Source: Pirellula staleyi DSM 6068
Lineage (GTDB): Bacteria > Planctomycetota > Planctomycetia > Pirellulales > Pirellulaceae
Direction of reading: 5' to 3'
NCBI GenBank assembly: GCA_000025185.1
Contig: CP001848.1
Coordinates: 2,160,001 to 2,192,000 of the forward strand
Length of the DNA stretch: 32,000 nt
Translations under genes and position numbers: made by a program
In this document: positions 16,785 to 25,076 of the stretch, piece by piece
Numbering within the stretch: the first letter of the stretch is position 1
Layout of the letters: every line of letters begins with the position of its first letter
Notes under the pieces: generated by a model
What the model was told of the DNA's origin: nothing
Seen by the model: the letters and a program-made list of their open reading frames with translations, nothing else
The model's database searches: none

Positions 16785-18098
16785 ATGAATATCCGCTTGC
16801 TTGTCGCCAGTTTGTCGCTCGTTTGTATCACCTTCACGTCTCCGCTCCTCGCCGAAGATTGGCCGCAGTGGATGGGAGTGCGTCGCGATGGGGTCTGGAA
16901 TGAAACGGGAACCCTCGACAAGTTTCCTGCTGAAGGTCCGAAGGTGCTATGGCGCGCGAAAATCGCTGGTGGCTATGCGGGACCTGCTGTTTCGCAAGGT
17001 CGCGTTGTCGTCACCGATTTTGTGACGCAGGGAGAATTCACCAACGATCCGCAGACTCGCAACGACCTACAAGGAACGGAGCGCGTCCTCTGTCTCGATG
17101 CTGCCAGTGGCAAGGAGCTGTGGAAGTTCGAGTATCCCACGACGTACAAGATCTCCTATCCCTGTGGACCTCGCTGCACACCGACGATCGATGGCAAACT
17201 GGTCTACACGCTTGGAGCCGAGGGGAATCTGTGCTGCCTCGAACTGGCCACGGGCAAGCTCGTTTGGTCGCGCGAGCTGAAAAAAGATTACAGCGTCGGC
17301 GCTCCGCTGTGGGGCTTCGCGGGGCATCCACTCGTCGAAGGGAATCAGCTGATCTGTCTCGTCGGTGGAAAAGGGGCGGTGGCTGTTTCGTTCGACAAAC
17401 TGACGGGCAAAGAGCTTTGGAAAGCGCTCGATGCGCGCGAGCCGGGATATGCTCCACCCACCATTGTGACGATCGGCGGCCAGCGCCAACTGGTGATCTT
17501 TCATAGCGAGTCGATCAACGGTCTCGCGATCGATTGTGGCAAAACACTTTGGTCGGTCCCTGTCGCAGCCGACTATGGGATGTCGATCATGGCACCTCGG
17601 TCGAGTGGTTCGCTACTTTATGCCGCAGGGATTGTCGACAAAGGTGTGATGCTGAAGTTCGACGGCAACAAGCCTTCGGAACTGTGGCGCACCGAAAACA
17701 AGCTCGGCATCGATTCAGTTTGCTCGACGCCGATTATCGTGGGGGAGACGATGTATGGTGTCGACCGCGAAGGAGAGCTGACCGGCATGAAGCTCGAAAC
17801 GGGGGAGCATCTTTGGCAATCGTATGCCGCGACAACCGGTGCCCGACGTGCGAATTCGGGAACGGCGTTCCTGGTGAAGAATGGGGAGAAGTTTTTCCTG
17901 TTCAACGAGAAGGGGGAACTGGTGATCGCCAAGCTCTCGCCGGAAGGATACGAAGAACTGTCGCGCGGAAAGATTCTCGAACCAACCGGCGATGCGTTTG
18001 GTCGCAAGGTGGTTTGGAGTCATCCCGCCTTCGCTAATAAAACGATCATTGCCCGCAACGACCAAGAGATTGTGTGCGTTTCACTAGCGGCAGAGTAG
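16785..18098 (+). CDS. Secreted PQQ-like beta-propeller repeat protein
   Basis: Start taken at ATG 16785 (MNIRLLVASLSLVCITFTSPLLA signal peptide). It is followed by EDWPQWMGVRRDGVW, typical of planctomycete PQQ-like repeat proteins. GKxLW/GExLW propeller-blade motifs recur (GKELWKF, GKLVWSR, GKELWKA, GKTLWSV, GEHLWQS). Confidence 0.8.
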   Translation: MNIRLLVASLSLVCITFTSPLLAEDWPQWMGVRRDGVWNETGTLDKFPAEGPKVLWRAKIAGGYAGPAVSQGRVVVTDFVTQGEFTNDPQTRNDLQGTERVLCLDAASGKELWKFEYPTTYKISYPCGPRCTPTIDGKLVYTLGAEGNLCCLELATGKLVWSRELKKDYSVGAPLWGFAGHPLVEGNQLICLVGGKGAVAVSFDKLTGKELWKALDAREPGYAPPTIVTIGGQRQLVIFHSESINGLAIDCGKTLWSVPVAADYGMSIMAPRSSGSLLYAAGIVDKGVMLKFDGNKPSELWRTENKLGIDSVCSTPIIVGETMYGVDREGELTGMKLETGEHLWQSYAATTGARRANSGTAFLVKNGEKFFLFNEKGELVIAKLSPEGYEELSRGKILEPTGDAFGRKVVWSHPAFANKTIIARNDQEIVCVSLAAE

Positions 18099-18135
18099 GT
18101 ACTTCGACTAGCAATGAATGCTGGGTGTTTTGGGG

Positions 18136-18245
18136 GTGCCACTGGCAGCTTGCCAGTGCAGAAGCTGGAACCGATGTTTTGGGGCACTATCTGCCTGAAA
18201 GCTAGAGTCCAATGACAGTTCTCACTGGGGAGAGCCCAGTGGCAC
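18136..18245. repeat. Palindromic intergenic element with two related hairpins and a 10-nt long-range inverted repeat
   Basis: Hairpin 1 is CACTGGCA-gct-TGCCAGTG (18140-18158). Hairpin 2 is CACTGGG-gagag-CCCAGTG (18223-18241). GTGCCACTGG (18136-18145) is the exact reverse complement of CCAGTGGCAC (18236-18245). TGTTTTGGGG is directly repeated at 18126-18135 and 18175-18184. Confidence 0.35.
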
Positions 18246-18529
18246 ACTTGATTACAGCCTGTTCCTTGTTGACTGACGTTGATCGATAGAGGGTCGATGA
18301 CCGTTCTGCTATTTCCAGCGGCGGTTTCCCCTTACGATCCGCCGGGCCCTCTTCAAGGGATCGCTCGCTTCCCTTGCGGCAGAATCGCTCTCTGCACGCT
18401 CATTCCCGATCAATTTCTGTTGTTTGATCGACGATCTTTGATATGATCAGCCGGGTTGCATGCATTCCCGCCTGCAGCTCCCTCCGCATGATCCTGCCCG
18501 ACGAATCCCTGCCCCGATTGGAGATCGCC

Positions 18530-19948
18530 ATGGTGCTATCGATCCAACAGCGTTCCGCAGGTGCGCTCCACTCTTGTCGGCCCGATCGGCGCAGCAGCCC
18601 CACGCGACGCGAGCTCCTTTCGATTGGCACGCTCGCTCTCGGTGGGCTCATGCTGCCGCAGCTGCTCGAGGCGGAAGAGCGAATCGCTCAAAAATCGTGG
18701 ATCAAAAAGAAGTCGGTGGTGGTTCTGTTTTTGGGAGGTGGCGCCAGTCACATCGAGACGTTCAATCCGAACATGGATGCGCCTCAGCCCTATTCGAGCA
18801 TCACGGGGGAAGTGCAAACCACCGTGCCAGGAATGACTTTCGGCGGCACCTTTCCGAAGCTTGCATCGGTCGCGAAACAGATGGCGGTGGTGCGGTCGTT
18901 CAGCCACGGCATTGGCGACCATGTGAAGGCGATTGCCCATGTGCTCTCGGGTGGAACCGATCCGACGGGCGAGGCCAAGCTGGGCTATGGCATGGGCTGT
19001 GCCACGGCCAAACTGGGTGGCGCGACGCATCCCCAAACGGGCCTGCCGATGAACAGCATCGTCACCTCGGAGGAGGTTGATAGTCAGTATCGGACCGAGC
19101 GAGGAAGGATCGAGCGAGGGGCGGCCCCTAACGCTTTGGGATCGTCGGTGGCGCCGTTCAATCCGAGTGGTGGTGGCACCATGCTGAAGAACATGGAGCT
19201 GTCGCTGCCGATCGATCGACTCGATGATCGCCAGGAACTGCTCGCGCAGCTCGATCGGGTCGATCGCCAACTCGATACCAGCGGGGCGATGCTCGGGACC
19301 GATCGGTTTCAGCAGCAGGCGATCGAGTTGATCGTTCGCGGGGCCAAAAGCGCCTTCGATCTCTCGAAAGAAGATCCCCGGACCATCCAGCGTTACGACA
19401 CGCGGAAGTTTCGTGTCGGTAAGAAGTCGTTTCAGCCATCGCAGCTCGGTCGGCAAATGCTTCTGGCTCGTCGGCTGTGTGAGTCGGGATGTCGGTTTGT
19501 CACCGTGCAATCGTCGGGCTGGGATATGCACGCGGATGGCAATAACCCTGGTGTCGCTGCCGGGATGGAGATGCTCGGCCGGCCGCTCGATCATGCCGTG
19601 CATACCTTCCTGACCGATCTGGCCGAGCGAGGGCTCGACCGCGATGTGCTGCTGGTGATTACCGGCGATTTCGGCCGGACTCCCACGATCAACAAAAATG
19701 GTGGCCGCGATCATTATCCCAAGCTCGGAACGCTCGCCTTTGCTGGCGGTGGATTGAAGCTGGGGCAAGTGATCGGCTCGTCGACGGCCAAAAACGATGC
19801 ACCTGCCAGCGATCCGATTTCGCCAGCGATGCTGTGCTCGACCGTCATGCGGACGCTGTTCGACCCCGGGCAGTTGCGTCTCGATTCGAGTGTTCCCCGC
19901 GATCTGGCCCAGTTGGCGGAAGGCCGGTACATCGAGGAACTCTTTTAA
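18530..19948 (+). CDS. DUF1501 domain protein (sulfatase-like fold) with a twin-arginine leader
   Basis: Start taken at ATG 18530. TAT-like PTRRELLSIGTLALGG is followed by GGASHIETFNP, SGWDMH, GDFGRTP and GGRDHYP, blocks typical of DUF1501. Confidence 0.85.
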   Translation: MVLSIQQRSAGALHSCRPDRRSSPTRRELLSIGTLALGGLMLPQLLEAEERIAQKSWIKKKSVVVLFLGGGASHIETFNPNMDAPQPYSSITGEVQTTVPGMTFGGTFPKLASVAKQMAVVRSFSHGIGDHVKAIAHVLSGGTDPTGEAKLGYGMGCATAKLGGATHPQTGLPMNSIVTSEEVDSQYRTERGRIERGAAPNALGSSVAPFNPSGGGTMLKNMELSLPIDRLDDRQELLAQLDRVDRQLDTSGAMLGTDRFQQQAIELIVRGAKSAFDLSKEDPRTIQRYDTRKFRVGKKSFQPSQLGRQMLLARRLCESGCRFVTVQSSGWDMHADGNNPGVAAGMEMLGRPLDHAVHTFLTDLAERGLDRDVLLVITGDFGRTPTINKNGGRDHYPKLGTLAFAGGGLKLGQVIGSSTAKNDAPASDPISPAMLCSTVMRTLFDPGQLRLDSSVPRDLAQLAEGRYIEELF

Positions 19949-19961
19949 GCTTCCCCGTTCC

Positions 19962-19981
19962 CGGCCGATGAACGTCGGCCG
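19962..19981 (+). terminator. GC-rich hairpin after the DUF1501 gene (possible terminator, no U-tract)
   Basis: CGGCCGA-tgaacg-TCGGCCG begins 14 nt after the TAA stop at 19946-19948. No T run follows. Confidence 0.25.
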
Positions 19982-20319
19982 ACTTCTCGCGGCGAGCAAG
20001 CTGCCCTTGATGATGGTTTAGGGCAATTTAATGTCCTTAGTTGCGTGAAATATACTCGTTTCTGCGTAAATGCCTGAGAGTCTCTTGGTGATTCTCCTGA
20101 ACGAGTTAGGTCAAACCAAGAGGCCTTTAGGGGCTGCCGTCGCCTCTCCCTTAGTGTCGCTGCTGGCTCCTGCTGGCCGAGGCTTCGTTGGTTTGCGGCC
20201 CCGAAGCTGATTGCTCCTTCGTTGACCCGGCTCGCTGGGCGGTTTAGAGTGCAAGTCGCGCTAATCTTTAGCTGCCTCTTTTCTCGACTGCCGCTCTTCG
20301 TAGAAACAGTGCCCTGCCG

Positions 20320-21087
20320 ATGCTTGCCAAGCGTGTGATTCCGTGCCTCGATGTGAACCAAGGCCGCGTGGTGAAGGGGACCAACTTTCTGAACCTGCGC
20401 GATGCTGGCGATCCGGTGGATGTGGCCGCACGGTACGAGCAAGAAGGGGCGGATGAGCTCGTTTTTCTCGACATCACCGCCAGTCACGAACAGCGCGACA
20501 TCATGATCGACGTGGTGCGACGCACCGCCGAGCAGGTCTTCATGCCGCTGACCGTCGGTGGCGGCATTCGCACGCTCGAAGATATCCGCGCGCTCCTAAA
20601 TGCAGGCAGCGACAAAGTTTCGATCAACTCAGCCGCTTGTAAGGACCCCGAATTTGTCCGCCAAGCCGCCAAACGCTTTGGCAGCCAGTGCATCGTGGTC
20701 AACATCGACCCCAAACGGGTGGTGAAGAACGGCGCGACCGTTTTTGAAGTCCATATCAATGGTGGGCGAACGCCAACGGGGCTCGAAGCCGTCGCGTGGG
20801 CGCAGCGTGTCGAAGAACTCGGCGCGGGGGAGATCGTCCTCACCAGCATGGATTGCGACGGCACGAAGGACGGCTACGATCTGGAAGTGACGGCGGCGGT
20901 GAGTAGTGCGGTCGGCATTCCGGTCGTGGCCAGTGGCGGAGCTGGAAAGCCAGAGCATTTGGCCGACGCCGTGCTGCTGGGGAAGGCCGACGCAGCTCTG
21001 GCCGCCAGCATTTTTCACTTCGGAGAGTACACGATCCGCCAGACGAAGGAAGTGATGGCGGGGCGCGGCATTCCTGTACGCTTATAA
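20320..21087 (+). CDS. hisF: Imidazole glycerol phosphate synthase, cyclase subunit HisF
   Basis: [50 protein letters not shown]. No other his genes are in the window. Confidence 0.95.
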   Translation: MLAKRVIPCLDVNQGRVVKGTNFLNLRDAGDPVDVAARYEQEGADELVFLDITASHEQRDIMIDVVRRTAEQVFMPLTVGGGIRTLEDIRALLNAGSDKVSINSAACKDPEFVRQAAKRFGSQCIVVNIDPKRVVKNGATVFEVHINGGRTPTGLEAVAWAQRVEELGAGEIVLTSMDCDGTKDGYDLEVTAAVSSAVGIPVVASGGAGKPEHLADAVLLGKADAALAASIFHFGEYTIRQTKEVMAGRGIPVRL

Positions 21088-21191
21088 GGACTTCTTCGAC
21101 GATCGGTTTTCGAGAATAGTTGCCTGAAGAAGTGCGTGTTGGATTAGAATAGAAACTCGGCTTTTGATTCCCCGAGAAGAGGATTTGTTCC

Positions 21192-22379
21192 ATGGGACAT
21201 GGACCATCGCCCACACCGGTTCCCGCCGGACCAGCGCCAACGATTGAAGAGATGATTGCCAAAATGTCGGTCACCAGGACCGAATTGGAAGTCGATAAGT
21301 TCTTCCGCGCGCTCGTGAAGTTCGAAGGCTCCGACTTGCACATGAAGGTGGGCAGACCGCCGATGATTCGTGTGCGTAACGAACTCCGGCCGCTGAATCA
21401 TCCGAACATCGAGCGGATCGAGATGGCCAAGCTGCTCGTGCCGATGATGAACGACCGTAACCGCCGCATTTTCGACGACGAAGGTGGTGCTGACTTTTCG
21501 CACTCCTGCGATGTCGATGGAACCACCTGGCGCTTCCGCGTGAACTTGCTGCAGCAAAACGGCTGCATGGGTCTCGTGGCACGCCGTATTAATAACAAAA
21601 TCCCAAACTTCGAGGGTCTGTTCCTTCCCGCTGCGATCGAAAAGCTTTGCTTCTACGATCAAGGGATGGTGCTGCTCGCCGGTGTGACCGGTTCGGGAAA
21701 ATCGACCACCATCGCGTCGATGCTCGACTTCATCAATCGTCGCGAACGCATCCATATCCTCACGCTCGAAGACCCGATCGAATTCATCTTCACCGAAGAC
21801 AAATCGCTCATTAATCAGCGCGAAATTGGATTCGACGTGAAGGACTTCAAAATCGCGATGAAACACGCGGTCCGCGAAGATCCCGACGTGATGCTCGTGG
21901 GCGAAATGCGTGATGAAGAAACGTTTATGACCGCCATCCATGCTGCCGAAACAGGGCACTTGGTGTTCGGTACGATTCACGCCTCCAGCGCCCCTTCGAC
22001 GATCGGTCGTATTCTCGACTTGTTCCCCGAAGCGATGCACAAAGCGATTCGTTCGGCGATTGCGTTTAATATGAAGGGGATCGTCGCGCAGAAGCTCCTC
22101 AAGTCGATTAAACCCGGTGTCCCTCGCGTGCCAACCTGCGAGATCATGACCTTCACACCGATGATTAAAAAGCTGGTGCTCGAAAGTCACGATAGTAAAT
22201 TGCCCGACGCAATTCGCATCGGTGCTGCCGACGGTATGCAAGATTTTACGATGAGTTTGAAACAGTTGATCGACGATGGCCTGATCGATCGCCCCACCGC
22301 CTTTGAAGTTGCACCGAATCCCGAAGCCCTCAAAATGGCGCTCAAGGGAATCAATGTGTCTCAGCCCGGGATTATCTGA
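21192..22379 (+). CDS. pilT: PilT-family type IV pilus retraction-type ATPase (intact catalytic motifs)
   Basis: GSDLHMKVGRPPMIRV N-domain, Walker A GVTGSGKSTT, Asp box LTLEDPIEF, Walker B DPDVMLVGEMRDEET, His box TGHLVFGTIHA. An AAGAGGA box lies about 8 nt upstream of ATG 21192. The Pro-rich first 20 aa make the later starts at 21252 and 21264 possible. Confidence 0.85.
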   Translation: MGHGPSPTPVPAGPAPTIEEMIAKMSVTRTELEVDKFFRALVKFEGSDLHMKVGRPPMIRVRNELRPLNHPNIERIEMAKLLVPMMNDRNRRIFDDEGGADFSHSCDVDGTTWRFRVNLLQQNGCMGLVARRINNKIPNFEGLFLPAAIEKLCFYDQGMVLLAGVTGSGKSTTIASMLDFINRRERIHILTLEDPIEFIFTEDKSLINQREIGFDVKDFKIAMKHAVREDPDVMLVGEMRDEETFMTAIHAAETGHLVFGTIHASSAPSTIGRILDLFPEAMHKAIRSAIAFNMKGIVAQKLLKSIKPGVPRVPTCEIMTFTPMIKKLVLESHDSKLPDAIRIGAADGMQDFTMSLKQLIDDGLIDRPTAFEVAPNPEALKMALKGINVSQPGII

Positions 22380-24202
22380 TGCTGCGTTTGTTCGCTCTGC
22401 TGCTGTTGGCAGCTGTTTTTCTGGCTGCCGGAGCAGAGGTTGCAGTTGCTCAGGAAGCATGGCCTCAATACACCACCGACACCTCGCACAACATTGTGCG
22501 TGGTCCCGGTTTCTATTTCGCCATCTGGAAGCTGGTGCTGCTCGTCATCCCCTTCTTCTTGTGGGTGAAATCGACCGATTGGGTCAGCCGCGATCTAGCT
22601 GAAATCGGTGAAGGGATCGGTCTGCCACCCGACGTGTGGAATCCGATCATGGTCCTCACGTTTCCCCTTGTGTTTGTCACGCTGACGCTCGGGATTCCGA
22701 TCTTCCTGGCGGGCTATGCACTGGCGATCATTGCTTACGTTGCGCCGCTGGCAGCCTACGTGGTCACGCGTAATGCCAAGGTCCCCAACGAACAGAAAGT
22801 CTTCACCCCCGAGCATATCCTGCGCAAGATCAAGAACTTCGGCAAAAAAGGGGGAGGGCAAGATGCCGCTCCCAAACAGCCGTGGGAATTGGGGCCGACC
22901 GTCGAGTTCACTCCCAACAGCCCGCTGGCAAGTGTGAATCAGGCCGCTGTGATCGAAGCACGGCAAATCCCGGCGTTTGTGCCGGTGAAGTTCATGATCG
23001 CCGATGCCATCGAGAATCGAGCCGACAAGATCCTGCTCGAATTCACCGCCGATGCGGTGGCAGTGCGCTACATGATCGACAGCGTGTGGCACAACGCTAA
23101 TCCCAAAGTGCACGACAAAGATCCGCTCAATCGCGCCATGGGCGACAACATGCTGCTGGTGCTCAAGCGGATCGCGCAGCTTAACGGAGCCGATCGCCGC
23201 AGCCGCCAGGAAGGGAAGTTCAAGCTCGAGTATTCCGGCGCAAAGTACGACATCGTCATGCTCACGCAAGGGACACCAACCGGCGAACGTGTGCTGATCA
23301 ACTTTGCGATTATCACCAAGACCGTGAAGTCGCTTGAAGACCTGGGAATGCGCGAAAAAATGCGCGACACCCTGAAGGATCTGATTGGCCCCGGCGCGAC
23401 CGGCATTGTGGTGATTTCGACGATGCCCGGCGATGGTTTGACCAGCACCTGGGTGGCCGCGCTCCGGAGCACCGATCGTCTGATGCGCGACTTTATCTCG
23501 ATCGAAGATAAGGCCAAGCCCGAACCCGATATCGAAAACGTCGGCTCACAAAAATTCGACGCCGCCGCGGGACAAAACCCGGCTGCGATGGTTCCTGGAT
23601 TGATCCTCAAACAGCCCGAAGTGATGTGCTTCCCTGAAGTCACCAGCGGCGATGCGCTGGAACTCGCTGGCGACTGGATCGAGAACGAAACCAAGCTGGT
23701 GATCGCCAGCATTCGAGCCAAGGATTGCGTCGACGCAATCCAGCGCGTCATGGCGCTCAAGCCGGGCGATGTGTTCACACGCGTGATCAAGGGCGCCCTC
23801 TATCAGCGCACCGTTCGCAAGCTTTGCACCGGTTGCCGCGAAGCGGTCCCAGCGACCCCCGAAATCTTACAGCGCCTCGGTATTCCCGCCGGTCGCGTGC
23901 AAGTCCTCTACCGCGAGAAACAGCCGCTTCCACCTGGTCAACCACCTCCTCCGAAGAAAAAAGGGGAGCCCGAGGTTTGTCCCGAATGCAAAGGGATCGG
24001 CTACAAGGGGCGCACCGGCATTTTCGAAATCCTGGTGCTGAACGACGAAATTCGTGCCGCCCTGGCCAAGAATGCCAAACCTGAAATCATCAAGCAACTC
24101 GCTCGAAAAGCAGGCAATCGCACGCTGCAAGAAGAAGCGATTCTGCTGATCGCCTCCGGCGTGACATCGCTAGCCGAAGTGCAGCGCGTGCTGAAACAGT
24201 AG
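22379..24202 (+). CDS. Membrane-anchored GspE/PilB-family protein with degenerate nucleotide-binding motifs (predicted pseudo-ATPase)
   Basis: 607 aa. The start ATG 22379 overlaps the pilT stop TGA (22377-22379). The N-terminus has a signal-like segment (LFALLLLAAVFLAAGA) plus about 3 hydrophobic helices (residues ~45-130). Residues ~195-607 align by eye to GspE/PilB (N2 domain, C4 Zn motif CTGC...CPEC, and the C-terminal GYKGRTGIFEIL). However, the P-loop reads STMPGDGLTST (23417-23449, no Lys), and the Walker B and His-box regions are also degenerate. Confidence 0.75.
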   Translation: MLRLFALLLLAAVFLAAGAEVAVAQEAWPQYTTDTSHNIVRGPGFYFAIWKLVLLVIPFFLWVKSTDWVSRDLAEIGEGIGLPPDVWNPIMVLTFPLVFVTLTLGIPIFLAGYALAIIAYVAPLAAYVVTRNAKVPNEQKVFTPEHILRKIKNFGKKGGGQDAAPKQPWELGPTVEFTPNSPLASVNQAAVIEARQIPAFVPVKFMIADAIENRADKILLEFTADAVAVRYMIDSVWHNANPKVHDKDPLNRAMGDNMLLVLKRIAQLNGADRRSRQEGKFKLEYSGAKYDIVMLTQGTPTGERVLINFAIITKTVKSLEDLGMREKMRDTLKDLIGPGATGIVVISTMPGDGLTSTWVAALRSTDRLMRDFISIEDKAKPEPDIENVGSQKFDAAAGQNPAAMVPGLILKQPEVMCFPEVTSGDALELAGDWIENETKLVIASIRAKDCVDAIQRVMALKPGDVFTRVIKGALYQRTVRKLCTGCREAVPATPEILQRLGIPAGRVQVLYREKQPLPPGQPPPPKKKGEPEVCPECKGIGYKGRTGIFEILVLNDEIRAALAKNAKPEIIKQLARKAGNRTLQEEAILLIASGVTSLAEVQRVLKQ

Positions 24203-24373
24203 CATCAAAACGATCCGTACCAAAACAATCAATGTGTTTTCGCAATTGTTCGGCCATCGCTGACCGTAAGTCGATCGACAACCCTGTCCCTGACTGAACA
24301 AACATAACGAGATTTACCGCTCCCCCGCGACATCGGTTCGCTGGTCGAGCGACTATAAGAACTGGGCTTCGCC

Positions 24374-25006
24374 ATGCTGTTTGGATTTCTACTCTTGGTC
24401 TTTCTCGGAACCGGTGTCGCCATCTGGTTCCAGGGACTTTGGAACGCCGCCATCACCCTGGTGAACTTGCTCCTGGCAATGCTGGTGGCCAGCAACTACT
24501 GGGAACCGCTCACCACCTTGATCGAAGGGCTCGCTGGTCAAGGCTACACCTATTTGCTCGATGTCGTTGTCCTTTGGATCTTGTTTGCAGTTACGTTCGG
24601 CATTTTGCGAACTATCACCGACACCCTCTCGAAAAAGCCGATCAAGTTCATGATGCCGGTCGAGATGGGGGGACGTAGTGTCCTGGCCATTTGGTGCGGC
24701 TGGTTGATGCTCTGCTTCGTGACATTCAGCATGCAAATGGCGCCTCTGGCGCAGGTGGAACCACTTGGCGCTTGGGCCTCGCCATCGACGAGCAGCTTCA
24801 TCGGCATGAATCCCGATCGGATGTGGCTCGGCTTTCTGCAAAGTCGATCACGCGGCGCACTTTCGCGAGGCAATTTCAGCGGCACGCGTCACCCAGAGGA
24901 CGTCGATCTCGATGTCGAGACGTTCGATCCCAATTCCGAGTTCTTGATGAAGTATCGCCACCGTCGCGAACGGAACGCTTCGTTTGAAGGGGTGCTCGCT
25001 CAGTAA
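24374..25006 (+). CDS. Polytopic membrane protein, CvpA-like (tentative)
   Basis: 210 aa with four hydrophobic segments. The layout (short N-terminal TM, then WFQGLWNAAITLVNLLLAMLVASNYW, then later G-rich helices) resembles the colicin V production protein family. The family assignment is by eye only. Confidence 0.45.
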   Translation: MLFGFLLLVFLGTGVAIWFQGLWNAAITLVNLLLAMLVASNYWEPLTTLIEGLAGQGYTYLLDVVVLWILFAVTFGILRTITDTLSKKPIKFMMPVEMGGRSVLAIWCGWLMLCFVTFSMQMAPLAQVEPLGAWASPSTSSFIGMNPDRMWLGFLQSRSRGALSRGNFSGTRHPEDVDLDVETFDPNSEFLMKYRHRRERNASFEGVLAQ

Positions 25007-25076
25007 GCGGAGCGACTCGTCCGTCCACAAGCGTTTGGCTCTTGGTCTTCTCCACTTCGTTTCTCCGCAGCGTGCG

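Noticed and set aside
21142-21150. GATTAGAAT upstream of pilT (21142-21150) and upstream of the NHS transporter (4681-4689), as a possible shared extended -10 element.
   Set aside because: No acceptable -35 lies at 16-18 bp in either case (TTGCCT sits at 19 bp for pilT and nothing is convincing for the transporter). A single 9-mer pair is within chance expectation, and the planctomycete promoter consensus is not known to me.
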